Source: Dehalococcoidia bacterium UBA6926
Lineage (GTDB): Bacteria; Chloroflexota; Dehalococcoidia; UBA6926
Reading direction: 5' to 3'
Length of the DNA stretch: 64,000 nt
Assembly (NCBI GenBank): GCA_002450835.1
Contig: DKAM01000019.1
Span: 5,991 to 69,990 of the forward strand
The position numbers and the translations under genes are program-made. Below the pieces are notes generated by a model. That model was not told the origin of the DNA. It saw nothing but the letters and a program-made list of their open reading frames with translations, and made no database searches. Within the stretch, counting starts at the first letter, position 1; every line of letters begins with the position of its first letter. Positions 20,124 through 30,473 of the stretch are shown here, in pieces.

Positions 20124-21776
20124 TTAGACTTCCACAGAGGTAGTTATTACTACAGGCCTCCTTCTAATTTGTTTATACAGAAAATTTGATACCTGCTCAG
20201 ATATTTTTGTTTCAATTCTATTTATATCACTTTTATCATCCATAGAATCCAAAATATCCTCTATGATATCGTATGTACTTTTGATCAGACTAACCGATTC
20301 TTCCGTATCTATAAAGCCTTTAGAAGTTATTTCGGGGTCACCTACCAAGTCACCTGTTTCAATATCGAGTGCAATAGCAATAGATATTACACCTTGTTTT
20401 GATAAGTTAGTTCGCTCTTTTAGAATCTTTGCAGTAACATTGCCGGCCTCTTTTCCATCAATATAGTTCTCACGTAAAGGCAGTTTCTGAAGAATTTCAG
20501 CGTCAAGTTTGGAATTAATGTTTAAAACCTCTCCATTCTCCATTACAAATATATCTTTCTCCGACATTCCGACAGACTGAGCCAAACGGGAATGGTGTAC
20601 TAGGTGTCTATGATCTCCGTGAATAGGGATGAAAATTTTTGGCTTTACAAGGCGAAGCAATAATTTTAATTCTTCTTGACTTGCGTGACCTCTAACGTGA
20701 ACGTCTTCCACCCTACTGTATAAAACATTTGCACCTAATTTAAAAAGATTATCTATGGTTCGTGCTACAGCTGTTTCATTGCCTGGTATAGGGTTAGACG
20801 ATAATATCACAGTGTCATCAGGCTGAATTGTCACATTACGGTGCTGATTTGTGGACATCTTTGCCAAAGCGGAAGTTGGTTCACCCTGTGCTCCGGTTGT
20901 CATTATGATCGTTAATTCAGGGGGGTAAGATCGTAATTCATCATCGGACAGAATAGTACCTGGAGGCAGGTTTAAGAATCCCATTTCGGTTGCTAATTTA
21001 ACGTTATCTACCATGCTACGGCCAACTATTCCCATTTTCCTACCATGGTTTACTGCTGAGTTACCCACCTGTTGGATTCGAGATATTAAAGAAGCGAAGC
21101 TAGCTACGATCACCCGAGCAGGGGCTTCGCTAATAACCCTGTCTAGACTTTTTCCAACTATTTCTTCGGAGGCTGTATAGCCTGGGGTATCTGCATAGGT
21201 TGAATCAGAAAGTAACAGCAAGACTCCTGATTCTCCAACTTCAGATATGCTGTGAAAGTCTGTTGGTTTGCCATGAACTGGGGTGTGATCAAGTTTAAAA
21301 TCGCCAGTATGAACGATTGTACCTAAAGGTGTTTTGATTATGACTCCAGCAGCGTCTGGAATACTGTGGTTTACGTCGAAGAGGGTTATGTTAAAAGGCC
21401 CTAAATCAAATGGATCGCCTGGAATCACCGTATTGATTAGGGATTTCGCAACTGATTTAGTATTTTTGAGTTTTACTGAAACTAGGCCCATAGATAATCC
21501 AGTACCATAAACTGGTACTTGAAGATCCGGTAGTACATAAGGCAAAGCTCCGATATGATCTTCGTGACCATGGGTTATGACTATCCCTTTTATCGAATCC
21601 TTTCGTTTTTGGAGGTACTCATAGTCTGGGATAATAACATCAACCCCATGCATACTCTCATCTGGGAACATGATCCCACAATCAATGATCAATATAGATT
21701 TATCAATTTCAATAGCAAGCATGTTCTTGCCAATCTTTCCAAGTCCGCCGAAAGGTATAATTTTTAAGTTTTCCAT
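20124..21776 (-). CDS. rnj: Ribonuclease J
   Basis: Metallo-beta-lactamase HGHEDHIG motif, beta-CASP region and RNase J C-terminal domain. N-terminus IIPFGGLGKIGKNM. Confidence 0.9.
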   Translation of the reverse strand: MENLKIIPFGGLGKIGKNMLAIEIDKSILIIDCGIMFPDESMHGVDVIIPDYEYLQKRKDSIKGIVITHGHEDHIGALPYVLPDLQVPVYGTGLSMGLVSVKLKNTKSVAKSLINTVIPGDPFDLGPFNITLFDVNHSIPDAAGVIIKTPLGTIVHTGDFKLDHTPVHGKPTDFHSISEVGESGVLLLLSDSTYADTPGYTASEEIVGKSLDRVISEAPARVIVASFASLISRIQQVGNSAVNHGRKMGIVGRSMVDNVKLATEMGFLNLPPGTILSDDELRSYPPELTIIMTTGAQGEPTSALAKMSTNQHRNVTIQPDDTVILSSNPIPGNETAVARTIDNLFKLGANVLYSRVEDVHVRGHASQEELKLLLRLVKPKIFIPIHGDHRHLVHHSRLAQSVGMSEKDIFVMENGEVLNINSKLDAEILQKLPLRENYIDGKEAGNVTAKILKERTNLSKQGVISIAIALDIETGDLVGDPEITSKGFIDTEESVSLIKSTYDIIEDILDSMDDKSDINRIETKISEQVSNFLYKQIRRRPVVITTSVEV

Positions 21777-21792
21777 ATAATTAGTTGCCTTA

Positions 21793-22452
21793 TTAAAATA
21801 AATTTATTTGTGAATTGTTCTCGTTTGAGGATGGTATATTAGCTTTCGGTGCCTGGGATGTCGTTTGTACATCCTGGGATTTCTCGTAGCTTTTTAGTAG
21901 GATATTCAGGTTTTTAAAATCTTCCTCTAACAACTGTTTGTATCTGATTTGTCTCAAGCCTGCTGCTGGATGATAAATGGGGTACACCGTAAAACCCATC
22001 TTGGTGAACGTTTTCCCGTGGCTTTGCCCTATTGTTGTACCTGGTAATATTCTATTTAAAGCGTGCCTGCCAAGAGGTACTAATATTTTCGGTTGGATTA
22101 TTGCGATTTGAGCGTCTAACCAATGGTCCTGGCAGGTATCCAATTCAGATTGAAGAGGATCCCTGTTATTTGGTGGACGACATTTTACTGTGTTAGTTAT
22201 ATAGACGGAATTCCTATCTAATTCTATTGATGATAGAAGAGCATCTAATAGTTTACCCGACTGGCCAACAAACGGCTCTCCCTGAGTATCCTCTTTTGCT
22301 CCTGGGGCTTCTCCAATAAACATGATTTCTGCATCAGCGGGCCCTGTACCCGGAACAACGTTGGTACGATTTGACGATAGAGGACAAGCTTTACAGGAGA
22401 GCATTCCGCTCACCATTAAGTCTAACCGAACTTGCCTGGATTCCGTGGTCAT
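21793..22452 (-). CDS. Uracil-DNA glycosylase, family 4 (Fe-S type)
   Basis: CKACPL...VPGTGPADAEIMFIGEAPGAKED..GEPFVGQSGKLL motifs. Low-complexity C-terminal tail. Confidence 0.8.
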   Translation of the reverse strand: MTTESRQVRLDLMVSGMLSCKACPLSSNRTNVVPGTGPADAEIMFIGEAPGAKEDTQGEPFVGQSGKLLDALLSSIELDRNSVYITNTVKCRPPNNRDPLQSELDTCQDHWLDAQIAIIQPKILVPLGRHALNRILPGTTIGQSHGKTFTKMGFTVYPIYHPAAGLRQIRYKQLLEEDFKNLNILLKSYEKSQDVQTTSQAPKANIPSSNENNSQINLF

Positions 22453-22504
22453 ATGATGTAACCTAATATCTCAAAAGAATCCTTTGACCTTAAGTCTTAG
22501 ATCT

Positions 22505-22780
22505 TTATTCGTCCTCTATGCCCAAACTGTTCAAAAATGAAACTGCGTTCTGGACGGTTAGTATCTTTTCCGCTTCTTCATCAGGAATCTCTATTTCTAT
22601 TCCCGATGAACTAAATTCCTCTTCGAGTGCCATTACTAGTTCAACCATGTCTAATGAATCCGCGTCCAAATCTTCGGTAAATGATGATTCTAAAGAAACA
22701 TCACCTTCATCGATACCTAGTTGTTCAACAATGACTTGTTTAACTCTATCAGCAACTGTGGCCACCAAAACCACCTCCAT
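22505..22780 (-). CDS. acpP: Acyl carrier protein
   Basis: [20 protein letters not shown] phosphopantetheine-attachment motif. True start may be a few codons downstream. Confidence 0.85.
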   Translation of the reverse strand: MEVVLVATVADRVKQVIVEQLGIDEGDVSLESSFTEDLDADSLDMVELVMALEEEFSSSGIEIEIPDEEAEKILTVQNAVSFLNSLGIEDE

Positions 22781-22803
22781 ACATATTTTATATCACCTAT
22801 AGG

Positions 22804-23256
22804 TTAGAGGTCAGGACATAGTTTCGCAACTGCTGTTCCTAACACACCATTAATAAACCCTCCTGATTTTTCGCTGCCGAAAGACTTAGCTAATCTTACA
22901 GCTTCGTTAATCGCGGCTTTTGGTGGAGTAATACCTTGGGTTATTTCGGTTAGGGCAATTCGCAAAACATTCCTGTCTACGATCGGTAACTGATTAACGG
23001 GATAATCTGGCGCGTATTCAGCGATTAAATTGTTAATCTCATGGTTTTTTTCGCTGTACGATTCCATCAAGCCTCTTGCGAACTGTTGAATAGTATTCTC
23101 TTCTTCTAAGTTTATTAGCCTTGATAAAGCTGTGACCGGATTATGGCGTACGCTGTCCCATTCATACATGGATTGGAGTACTAGACGCCGAGCTTTCCTT
23201 TTCGCGGCATGTGATATCACTAATACATCCTTTTCCGTAGGTATTTTAACTGCCAC
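22804..23256 (-). CDS. nusB: Transcription antitermination factor NusB
   Basis: KRKARRLVLQSMYEW ... IVDRNVLRIALTEI pattern. Confidence 0.8.
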   Translation of the reverse strand: MAVKIPTEKDVLVISHAAKRKARRLVLQSMYEWDSVRHNPVTALSRLINLEEENTIQQFARGLMESYSEKNHEINNLIAEYAPDYPVNQLPIVDRNVLRIALTEITQGITPPKAAINEAVRLAKSFGSEKSGGFINGVLGTAVAKLCPDL

Positions 23257-24172
23257 TTAATTTTTCCAGATCTTCCATGGTAGATATGTTAATCGTTTCG
23301 GCCTCTCCAAGTATCCGTTTTACCAAGCCGGTCAACACTCTTCCTGGCCCTATTTCGATATAAGTATCTACCCCTTGGGCATCTAAAAACTGGATTGTTC
23401 GGAACCATTGGACTGGGCTTCTAATTTGGGAAGCAAGTTCCTCTAATATATCTTGGCTGTCGTTTAAAGGCTTTGCGGTTACATTTGCTACTACAGGGAT
23501 ATTGGGGGTTTCAATCTCAGAATTGTTGAGAGCATCTCTCATTCCAGGAACTGCTGGATCCATGAGTGAAGAGTGGAAAGCAGCACTTACCTTTAGAGCA
23601 ACCACTCTTCTTGCCCCTGCTTCTTCTGCCATTTCTTGAGCTTTTTCAACTCCCGATTTCGATCCACTAATTACTATTTGATCAGTTGAATTTAAGTTCG
23701 CCATATCGACGCCATTCTTGTTACAGATTTCTTCTAATTTTGACTCATCCATTCCCATGACAGCAGCCATTGCACCTTCTGATGCATCTCCAGCAGCTTG
23801 CATTAGCCTGCCTCTCTCTCGAACTAACTTCACCGCCTCTCCGAAGGGTAGGGATTGAGCAGCGACTAAAGCGGAGTACTCTCCTAAGCTATGCCCAGCA
23901 AGGAATGCCGGTTCAGAATAGCCTTTTTGAGCTAGTATCGAACGGGATGCCTCTAGCATAGCAATACTTGCAGTTAGTATTGCGGGTTGCGTATTTATAG
24001 TTTGAGTGAGCGTATCCTCGGGCCCATTGAAGCATAAGTTCGATAAAGAGAATCCGAGGGAGGTATCAGCTTCATCAAATATATTTTTCGCATTTTCGTC
24101 TGATTCGTAAGCATCTTTGCCCATCCCAACTGCTTGTGCACCTTGTCCCGGGAATAAATAAGCGATTGACAT
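23246..24172 (-). CDS. fabD: Malonyl CoA-ACP transacylase
   Basis: IAYLFPGQGAQ and GHSLGEYSALV active-site motifs. Start placed at MSIAYLF; the longer ORF (to 24280) would overlap rpmF. Confidence 0.85.
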   Translation of the reverse strand: MSIAYLFPGQGAQAVGMGKDAYESDENAKNIFDEADTSLGFSLSNLCFNGPEDTLTQTINTQPAILTASIAMLEASRSILAQKGYSEPAFLAGHSLGEYSALVAAQSLPFGEAVKLVRERGRLMQAAGDASEGAMAAVMGMDESKLEEICNKNGVDMANLNSTDQIVISGSKSGVEKAQEMAEEAGARRVVALKVSAAFHSSLMDPAVPGMRDALNNSEIETPNIPVVANVTAKPLNDSQDILEELASQIRSPVQWFRTIQFLDAQGVDTYIEIGPGRVLTGLVKRILGEAETINISTMEDLEKLSGS

Positions 24173-24201
24173 TATACTGTTGGCTCCTTTATTTATGTTT
24201 A

Positions 24202-24408
24202 TTATTCGTTGTCTTGGTTGGTCGACCGTGTTTTTGGTTGGATCACCTGGCGTCCATTGTAAGTTCCACAGGATGGACATGCTTGATGCGGTAACTTCGC
24301 ATTGTTACATTCTGGACATCTTGCAAGATTCTTGAGTTTAAGCGCCGTATGAGAAAGCCGTTTGGCATTTCTCGTTTTTGTTCTTCGCCTTTTTGGAAGT
24401 GCTGGCAT
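24202..24408 (-). CDS. rpmF: 50S ribosomal protein L32
   Basis: PKRRRTKTRNAKR N-terminus and a C-x2-C...C-x2-C zinc ribbon. Confidence 0.8.
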   Translation of the reverse strand: MPALPKRRRTKTRNAKRLSHTALKLKNLARCPECNNAKLPHQACPSCGTYNGRQVIQPKTRSTNQDNE

Positions 24409-24443
24409 TCTTTTTTCCCCTTTTTATATTGTTATTAATTATA

Positions 24444-24950
24444 TTAAACTGGTTTTGTTTTATTTTCCCACAAATCCCTTAAGTTTTCCCAAGCGGGATT
24501 TGAAAGTCTAGGCGTACATGAGCATTCATCTTGGTTCAAATTGGCTCCACATTGCTGACATAGACCTTTACAATCATTGCTGCATACGGTGTTAAATGGT
24601 GTCTCAATGATTAAGTATTGCTCTATTGCCTGTGAAACATCTATATTACCATCTACTTCTATTCTAAAGTCATCTTTCATAGTTGATTCCGAAGTTGGAT
24701 GGTTTTCTTTTGAAAAACGTTCACTAAAACTAAATTCCAGCGGTGATTCAAAACTTTCTAGGCATCTACCACAAGTGTGTTTAAGGTTTGTGAAACAATT
24801 TGCACGTACGTTAAACCCGTAGTTTGTTTTCATCACAAACAATTTACCTTTTACCACCCGATTGATATCCGATTGCATTTCATAGGTGAAATCGTGTTCA
24901 AATTTCTCACCGATTTTACCAGAGGCTATGGACTCTACATTAATTTTCAC
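24444..24950 (-). CDS. YceD/DUF177 family protein (23S rRNA accumulation protein)
   Basis: Two Cys pairs (CGRC...; CQQCGANLNQDECSC). Conserved position upstream of rpmF. Confidence 0.75.
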   Translation of the reverse strand: MKINVESIASGKIGEKFEHDFTYEMQSDINRVVKGKLFVMKTNYGFNVRANCFTNLKHTCGRCLESFESPLEFSFSERFSKENHPTSESTMKDDFRIEVDGNIDVSQAIEQYLIIETPFNTVCSNDCKGLCQQCGANLNQDECSCTPRLSNPAWENLRDLWENKTKPV

Positions 24951-25059
24951 AACGAGTTAAGTTCTTTCAATAATATGACTGTGATTGATTATAGATGTAG
25001 CAATCCTTGGCCGTCAAAGGAGTTCAATACATTGTTAAGCTAATTTTTCGTAGAATTCG

Positions 25060-25452
25060 TTAAATATCGTTGACGTAAGAAACGATATCCCCCAAACTTG
25101 TTCCTGGGCCAAAAATCCCTTTGATACCTAGCTCTTCAAGTTCCTGATAATCTTGCTTAGGTATTATACCTCCAGCGAAAATTGCGACGTTATCTAACCC
25201 AGCATTTTGTAGCCCTTCGACGATTGCCGGGAATAGATCTAAATGTGCTCCAGACAGTATGCTTAGTCCTATGGCATCTACATCTTCTTGCAGGGCCGCC
25301 TGGACAATCATTTCTGGTGTCTGGCGTATCCCAGTATAGATGACCTCAAAACCTGCGTCCCTTAGTCCCCGTGCTACGACTTTTGCTCCCCTATCGTGGC
25401 CATCGAGCCCGGGCTTGGCGATCAGTATTCTTTTTGGTGTGGTGGTAGACAC
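25060..25452 (-). CDS. Methylmalonyl-CoA mutase B12-binding subunit (stand-alone C-terminal domain)
   Basis: [25 protein letters not shown] (DxHxxG cobalamin motif) and the flavodoxin-like fold signature. Confidence 0.9.
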   Translation of the reverse strand: MSTTTPKRILIAKPGLDGHDRGAKVVARGLRDAGFEVIYTGIRQTPEMIVQAALQEDVDAIGLSILSGAHLDLFPAIVEGLQNAGLDNVAIFAGGIIPKQDYQELEELGIKGIFGPGTSLGDIVSYVNDI

Positions 25453-25485
25453 GTAATATTCTCCTAACTAGTTCAAGTATTTCTA

Positions 25486-26310
25486 CTAAATTTCTCCAGC
25501 ATGGTTCGCGTTTTCATCTGTTAATAATACGAGAGTTCCGACAAAATCCAAAGGGTGTAAGGCCGTTAAAACTGGATCTCCGTTGTCGACAATAACTCGA
25601 ATATTCTTGTCTTCGGCTCTTTTAGCAATTACTGAGCTATCATCATTCTCTATAACTATGGCGTGCAACCCACTGCCAAAAATCTTTATTGCTTTTGCGA
25701 CTGGACCCGTTGAATTTAGTTGTTCTGCAAATTCAACTTCACTATTTTTTGTATCGAGCCATCCAGTATCCATTTCATAACTTTCAGATACGGCGGTTCT
25801 TTTTATTGGCATTTTAAACAAATCGGACCAGAGTTTTAGGTCTTTTTTCATATTCTCAGTTCTTAGAGTCACATGATGTAGAGAGATATCGATATTAGGA
25901 TCAAGAGCGGTTTCGGGCTCCTCAATAATACTGAGCCTTGTACCGCCTGTAGAATCAGGGTCCATCAAAATTGATTTCTTACCGTAAATCTCATTTTGGC
26001 GAATAGATGATTTGGCCCCTGAGGATTCAATGTGCTTTTGAAGAGAAGCAAGGTTATCTGTTGCCATACATATGTCGTAAAGGCCTTCTCCTCTGGTTGA
26101 AAGAAGCACCGCTGCGTCAGATTCCCCCGGCGATGGTGCTATCAGTTGGATGTTAGCATTTTTTGTGGGAATTGAGATCGTTTGTCCGAGATCAATGGTT
26201 TTTAAGCTATTTTCTTTAGGAGAAATACCGAGTACTGATTCGATTTTTGAAGCGGCAGCATCAATATCATTTACCAGTATTGAAACGTGTTTAATTTTGT
26301 TTATTGACAT
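25486..26310 (-). CDS. Two-domain VOC family protein, methylmalonyl-CoA epimerase-like (paralog A)
   Basis: 274 aa, two complete VOC domains (IKHVSILVNDID... and LHHVTLRTEN...). Located between the mutase catalytic and B12 genes. Confidence 0.6.
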   Translation of the reverse strand: MSINKIKHVSILVNDIDAAASKIESVLGISPKENSLKTIDLGQTISIPTKNANIQLIAPSPGESDAAVLLSTRGEGLYDICMATDNLASLQKHIESSGAKSSIRQNEIYGKKSILMDPDSTGGTRLSIIEEPETALDPNIDISLHHVTLRTENMKKDLKLWSDLFKMPIKRTAVSESYEMDTGWLDTKNSEVEFAEQLNSTGPVAKAIKIFGSGLHAIVIENDDSSVIAKRAEDKNIRVIVDNGDPVLTALHPLDFVGTLVLLTDENANHAGEI

Positions 26311-27119
26311 TATGTACCCCTTTTATCATTGAACATGATTAAAGTTCCAAAAAAGTCTAAAGGATGTATTAATCTTGCTACATTTTCACCCTGTTGATCC
26401 GCGATCACCCTTATGCCTTGCTTCTCGATTCTCGATTGTAATGCGCTGGCATCATCCGTTTCTAGTACTAGGCCATAAATACCTTCTCCTTGAGACTCTA
26501 TACGTTTTATTACCGGTCCGTTTGGCGCCGTTTGCTGTACAAATTCAATTTGTGAGTTACCTGCATCCAACATGGCCGTTTTTAAGGGTGCGTCATCACG
26601 TTCAGCTTTTCTATTTAACTTTAAGTTGAAACTATTTACCCAATTGTCTACAGCTGCATCACGGTCTAGAGTTGCGATAAGAAGATGATGAACACTTGTT
26701 GTTGTTTCCGTTGGCGTTCGTAAATTAACTTCAGCGATTTCTGTAAGAACACCATTTGCAGATTTAGGGTGAATAAATTCGATTTCTCCCACAAACCCTT
26801 CTCTTGGACTACCTCCAATAACTTGCACGTCTTTTGATTGCAATGTTGTTATTTCATTTGCTATATCTTCTACCTCAAAACATATGTGGTGAATTCCTTC
26901 ACCTCGTCTCTCCAGAAATTTACCCACTACGCTATCAGGTACGGTCGGCTGCATGAGCTCAAACCTGACATTTGCTGTGGGTATCAGAGCAGCAATAAGC
27001 TGCTGGTCTTCTATCTCTTCTTGTTTTGCGACTTCGAGTCCTAACACTGTAGAAAACTGGTCTATAGCCTTGGATATGTCTTTTACTGCGATTCCTATGT
27101 GATCAATTCTTTTAAACAT
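26310..27119 (-). CDS. Two-domain VOC family protein, methylmalonyl-CoA epimerase-like (paralog B)
   Basis: 269 aa. N-terminal half IDHIGIAVKDISKAIDQF...GEGIHHICFEVEDI is a classical MCE-like pattern; the second half is another full VOC domain. Stop/start overlap with paralog A. Confidence 0.6.
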   Translation of the reverse strand: MFKRIDHIGIAVKDISKAIDQFSTVLGLEVAKQEEIEDQQLIAALIPTANVRFELMQPTVPDSVVGKFLERRGEGIHHICFEVEDIANEITTLQSKDVQVIGGSPREGFVGEIEFIHPKSANGVLTEIAEVNLRTPTETTTSVHHLLIATLDRDAAVDNWVNSFNLKLNRKAERDDAPLKTAMLDAGNSQIEFVQQTAPNGPVIKRIESQGEGIYGLVLETDDASALQSRIEKQGIRVIADQQGENVARLIHPLDFFGTLIMFNDKRGT

Positions 27120-27158
27120 CTATCGATAACCTGCCTTATTTGTTTTACTGCTCACAAC

Positions 27159-28844
27159 CTAGAAGACTACCATTTCTTTTTGGACACCAAATATCTCTCT
27201 TAGAACGTCACTAATTTCGCCCGTTGTAGCCAAGGCCTCTACACACTCAATGATGGCTGGCATAGTGTTGTCTTCACTTCTAGCAACTTTGCTTAAATTA
27301 GCTAGTGCTGCTTCTACTTCAGATGAATTTCTTTTAGCCTTGACGCGGTTCAGACGCGCAATCTGGTTCTCGCTTTCTTTCGGATCAATTCGTAATATCT
27401 CTATAGGGGGTTCCTCCGTTGATTGGAATGCATTCACTCCGACGACTAATCTGCTTCCCTTTTCTATCTCAAGTTGCATTTGGTATGCCGCTTCATTAAT
27501 TTCTCTTTGTTGGAATCCTTGTTCTATTGCTATGACTGCCCCTCCAAGTTTATCAATTTGCTCTATGTATTTTTTAGCTTCTTGTTCCAATTGGTTAGTT
27601 AAGTTTTCAATTAAATAGGAACCAGCTAAAGGATCAATGGAATTTGTGATGCCAGACTCATGGGCCAATATTTGTTGCGTCCTAAGAGACACAGTAACCG
27701 CCTCCTCAGTAGGTAATGCTAGAGCTTCGTCTTTAGAATTTACGTGTAAAGACTGCGTACCGCCTAATACTGCTGAAAGAGCTTGGAGTGTTGATCGGAC
27801 TACGTTATTGTCCACCTGCTGGGCGGTCAACGTTACTCCTGCTGTTTGTGTATGGAATCTTAACGTTTGAGATCTTGGATTTTTTGAACCAAAGCGCTCA
27901 ACCATTATTTTTGCCCATAGTCTTCTAGCTGCTCTGAATTTTGCTACTTCCTCAAGTAAGTCACTTTGCGCTACAAAAAAGAATGCGAGTTGAGGCGCAA
28001 AATCATCTACCTCAAGGCCTGCAGCTATCGCAGCTTCTACGTACGCGATCGCGTGAGAAAGAGTGAAAGCTATCTCTTGAACAGCTGTGCATCCTGCTTC
28101 CCTCATATGGTAACCGCTAATTGATATTGTGTTCCAATTTGGGGTTTCAGAGGCGCAGTAGGCAAATAAATCGGTAATTAATCTCATAGAAGGTTTTGGA
28201 GGATATATGTAAGTCCCTCTCGCGACGTATTCCTTTAATAGATCGTTCTGAATAGTCCCGCGTAAATCTTTGGCGGGTACACCTTGTTTTTTTGCCACAG
28301 CTATATAGTAAGCTAGCAGGATTGAAGCGGTGGCGTTAATAGTCATTGATGTGGAGACTTTGGACAAATCAATGTCGTTGAAAGCGATCTCCATATCTTC
28401 CATATGGGATATTGGTACTCCTACTTTACCTACTTCCCCCAAAGCTATTGGGTGATCTGAATCGTATCCGGTCTGTGTAGGTAGATCGAAAGCCATAGAA
28501 AGGCCTGTTTGTCCTTGGTCCAATAAATATCGGTATCTGGTGTTTGTTTCTTCAGCTGATGCAAAACCGGAATATTGTCGCATTGTCCAGAGACGCCCTC
28601 TGTACATAGTGGGTTGGACGCCCCTTGTAAAGGGATATTGGGCTGGGTAACCAATATCATCTGAACCACTCGAGTCTGGTAGGTCTTCTGGTCCGTATAT
28701 TGGTTCAATATCTATATCAGAGGTAGTTGAAAAATTTATGTCTCGCTCTTTCCGCTTTTCAACCGCTGGACTCCATACTTTATCAATCCAATCTTTTTTG
28801 CTTTTTGGATTCTCCACATTTTCCCCCATTACATTTGGATACAA
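27159..28844 (-). CDS. Methylmalonyl-CoA mutase catalytic (large) subunit, N-terminal domain only
   Basis: [58 protein letters not shown]-barrel substrate-binding signature. No B12 domain; that is encoded separately. TTG start at 28844. Confidence 0.9.
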   Translation of the reverse strand: MYPNVMGENVENPKSKKDWIDKVWSPAVEKRKERDINFSTTSDIDIEPIYGPEDLPDSSGSDDIGYPAQYPFTRGVQPTMYRGRLWTMRQYSGFASAEETNTRYRYLLDQGQTGLSMAFDLPTQTGYDSDHPIALGEVGKVGVPISHMEDMEIAFNDIDLSKVSTSMTINATASILLAYYIAVAKKQGVPAKDLRGTIQNDLLKEYVARGTYIYPPKPSMRLITDLFAYCASETPNWNTISISGYHMREAGCTAVQEIAFTLSHAIAYVEAAIAAGLEVDDFAPQLAFFFVAQSDLLEEVAKFRAARRLWAKIMVERFGSKNPRSQTLRFHTQTAGVTLTAQQVDNNVVRSTLQALSAVLGGTQSLHVNSKDEALALPTEEAVTVSLRTQQILAHESGITNSIDPLAGSYLIENLTNQLEQEAKKYIEQIDKLGGAVIAIEQGFQQREINEAAYQMQLEIEKGSRLVVGVNAFQSTEEPPIEILRIDPKESENQIARLNRVKAKRNSSEVEAALANLSKVARSEDNTMPAIIECVEALATTGEISDVLREIFGVQKEMVVF

Positions 28845-28884
28845 AGACTAAAACTCATCCAGAATAGGTTAGGCATAGAAATCA

Positions 28885-28913
28885 TGTCAACATTTATAGA
28901 TACATTGTCAACA
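28885..28913. repeat. Two TGTCAACA boxes 21 bp apart (TGTTGACA on the coding strand of the mutase operon), candidate -35/operator
   Basis: tgtcaaca at 28885-28892 and 28906-28913, in the 82-nt gap upstream of mcmA (minus strand). The proximal copy could serve as a TTGACA -35 with a weak TATTCT -10 18 nt downstream. Confidence 0.35.
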
Positions 28914-28926
28914 AATTCATGGTCAT

Positions 28927-30411
28927 TTATACCATTTTACTTTTTTGGTCACTCCAGAAGCTTTTTTGTGCGGTGCCCCGCGCATATGAAAGTCCCGTCG
29001 CCATCAGCATTATTGCAAGGCCTAAATAAAGTACTTCTTGATAAGCTCCGGTTACGGCTAATGTTGAATCAGTTAAAAAGGACTCATAATGTCCGAGCCG
29101 ATAGGCATACATGGTCCCTGCTATGGTCGTGCTTATCGAAAATCCCACCTGTCTAGCGGTCGTGGTTAGAGCCGTACCGGAAGCGAGTTTTTCTGAGGGG
29201 ATCGAACTTAAAACCGCATGCTCGTTTGAAGGGTCAAAAATAGACGCTCCAATACCAGTAATAATCAAACTCATAGCTATAAATTGGAAGCTGCTAGCTG
29301 GGTCTAATTGTGACATTAGGAAAAACCCTGTTGTAGTAATAAATAGACCGAACGTTGCCATTCTTCTGGCCCCGATTTTGTCAGTCCATACGCCTGCTGC
29401 TGGAGCAATAAATAGCCGAACAACTTGAATAGACGCTAGTAGAACACCCATTTCAGTTGTCGACATGTTTTTGCCGTGAAGTAGAAAGAACGGGATGAGG
29501 AAAATGATGAACATATACCCGAGAAAGTGCAAAAAATGTACTAAAAGAGAAACAGCAAGGAAACGATTTTTAAATAACTTGAACTCTAGAACTGGGCTCT
29601 GACTTTTGATTTCATTAATAATAAATGTGGTGCCGGATATTAGAAAAGTAACTAGAAGAACGAGCATTAGCTGATTCGTAAGAGGTTCTACGGGTAATCG
29701 GTTAATGAATACTAAAAATGAAGTTAAACTTATGAATAAGAGTACTGCACCAATATAGTCGAAATTCTTTTTCTCATGGGATCTATTGAGATCTTTTGGA
29801 ATTATGATTGCCGCAGTAATCATCGCTAGAATACTTAGCGGTATACGTGTCCAAAAGAGAGCTCTCCACTCAAAATTGTCCAATACTGCTGCCCCAAATA
29901 TTGGACCCAACGAAAGGCCCACACCAACTGACGCGCCCACAAGTCCAATAACAAGCCCACGTTGTCTATCGGGAAACATTGCGACTGCGATCGCGAATCC
30001 GTTTGTTACTGTCATGGACTGCCCTAAAGCTTGAATTATTCTTCCAATGATTAAGTGGGTTACTGAAGTACTAAAAGTTAACACTAGTAGCCCCAAAGCA
30101 AATAGAAGGAAACCTGATACATATATTCTTTTTCTTCCAAACGTATCACCGAAATTCCCCCAGGTGAGGGCCAATCCGACCGCAACCAACATAAATGCGG
30201 AAATTAACCATAAGATGATGTCTGCTCCCACATCAAAAATATTGGACAAAATTGGTAAGGCAAGATTTAGAGAACTGTTATCGATACCATTTGTTACTAT
30301 TCCAAAGCCTATGCTTAGCAAGACAAGCCACTTTTTGTTGGGCGAGCGCGATATAGAATGAAGCACAGAATTAACCTCTTTGAATTTTGGAGTGACTATT
30401 AATGTCAACAT
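28927..30411 (-). CDS. MFS transporter (DHA-like, ~14 TMS)
   Basis: Multiple hydrophobic helices and GRKR-type loops. Start uncertain (TTG 30444 or ATG 30411); neither has a clear Shine-Dalgarno sequence. Confidence 0.7.
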   Translation of the reverse strand: MLTLIVTPKFKEVNSVLHSISRSPNKKWLVLLSIGFGIVTNGIDNSSLNLALPILSNIFDVGADIILWLISAFMLVAVGLALTWGNFGDTFGRKRIYVSGFLLFALGLLVLTFSTSVTHLIIGRIIQALGQSMTVTNGFAIAVAMFPDRQRGLVIGLVGASVGVGLSLGPIFGAAVLDNFEWRALFWTRIPLSILAMITAAIIIPKDLNRSHEKKNFDYIGAVLLFISLTSFLVFINRLPVEPLTNQLMLVLLVTFLISGTTFIINEIKSQSPVLEFKLFKNRFLAVSLLVHFLHFLGYMFIIFLIPFFLLHGKNMSTTEMGVLLASIQVVRLFIAPAAGVWTDKIGARRMATFGLFITTTGFFLMSQLDPASSFQFIAMSLIITGIGASIFDPSNEHAVLSSIPSEKLASGTALTTTARQVGFSISTTIAGTMYAYRLGHYESFLTDSTLAVTGAYQEVLYLGLAIMLMATGLSYARGTAQKSFWSDQKSKMV

Positions 30412-30433
30412 GATACGATTTATGCAAAACTTT

Positions 30434-30441
30434 TGTATAAT
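30434..30441 (+). promoter_or_regulatory. Candidate -10 element (TGTATAAT) for the Mo-hydroxylase gene
   Basis: Near-consensus -10 about 33 nt upstream of ATG 30474, followed by a GGGAGG Shine-Dalgarno sequence. No clear -35 identified. Confidence 0.4.
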
Positions 30442-30473
30442 CAATGGAACGGTATAAACATTGGGAGGAAAAA

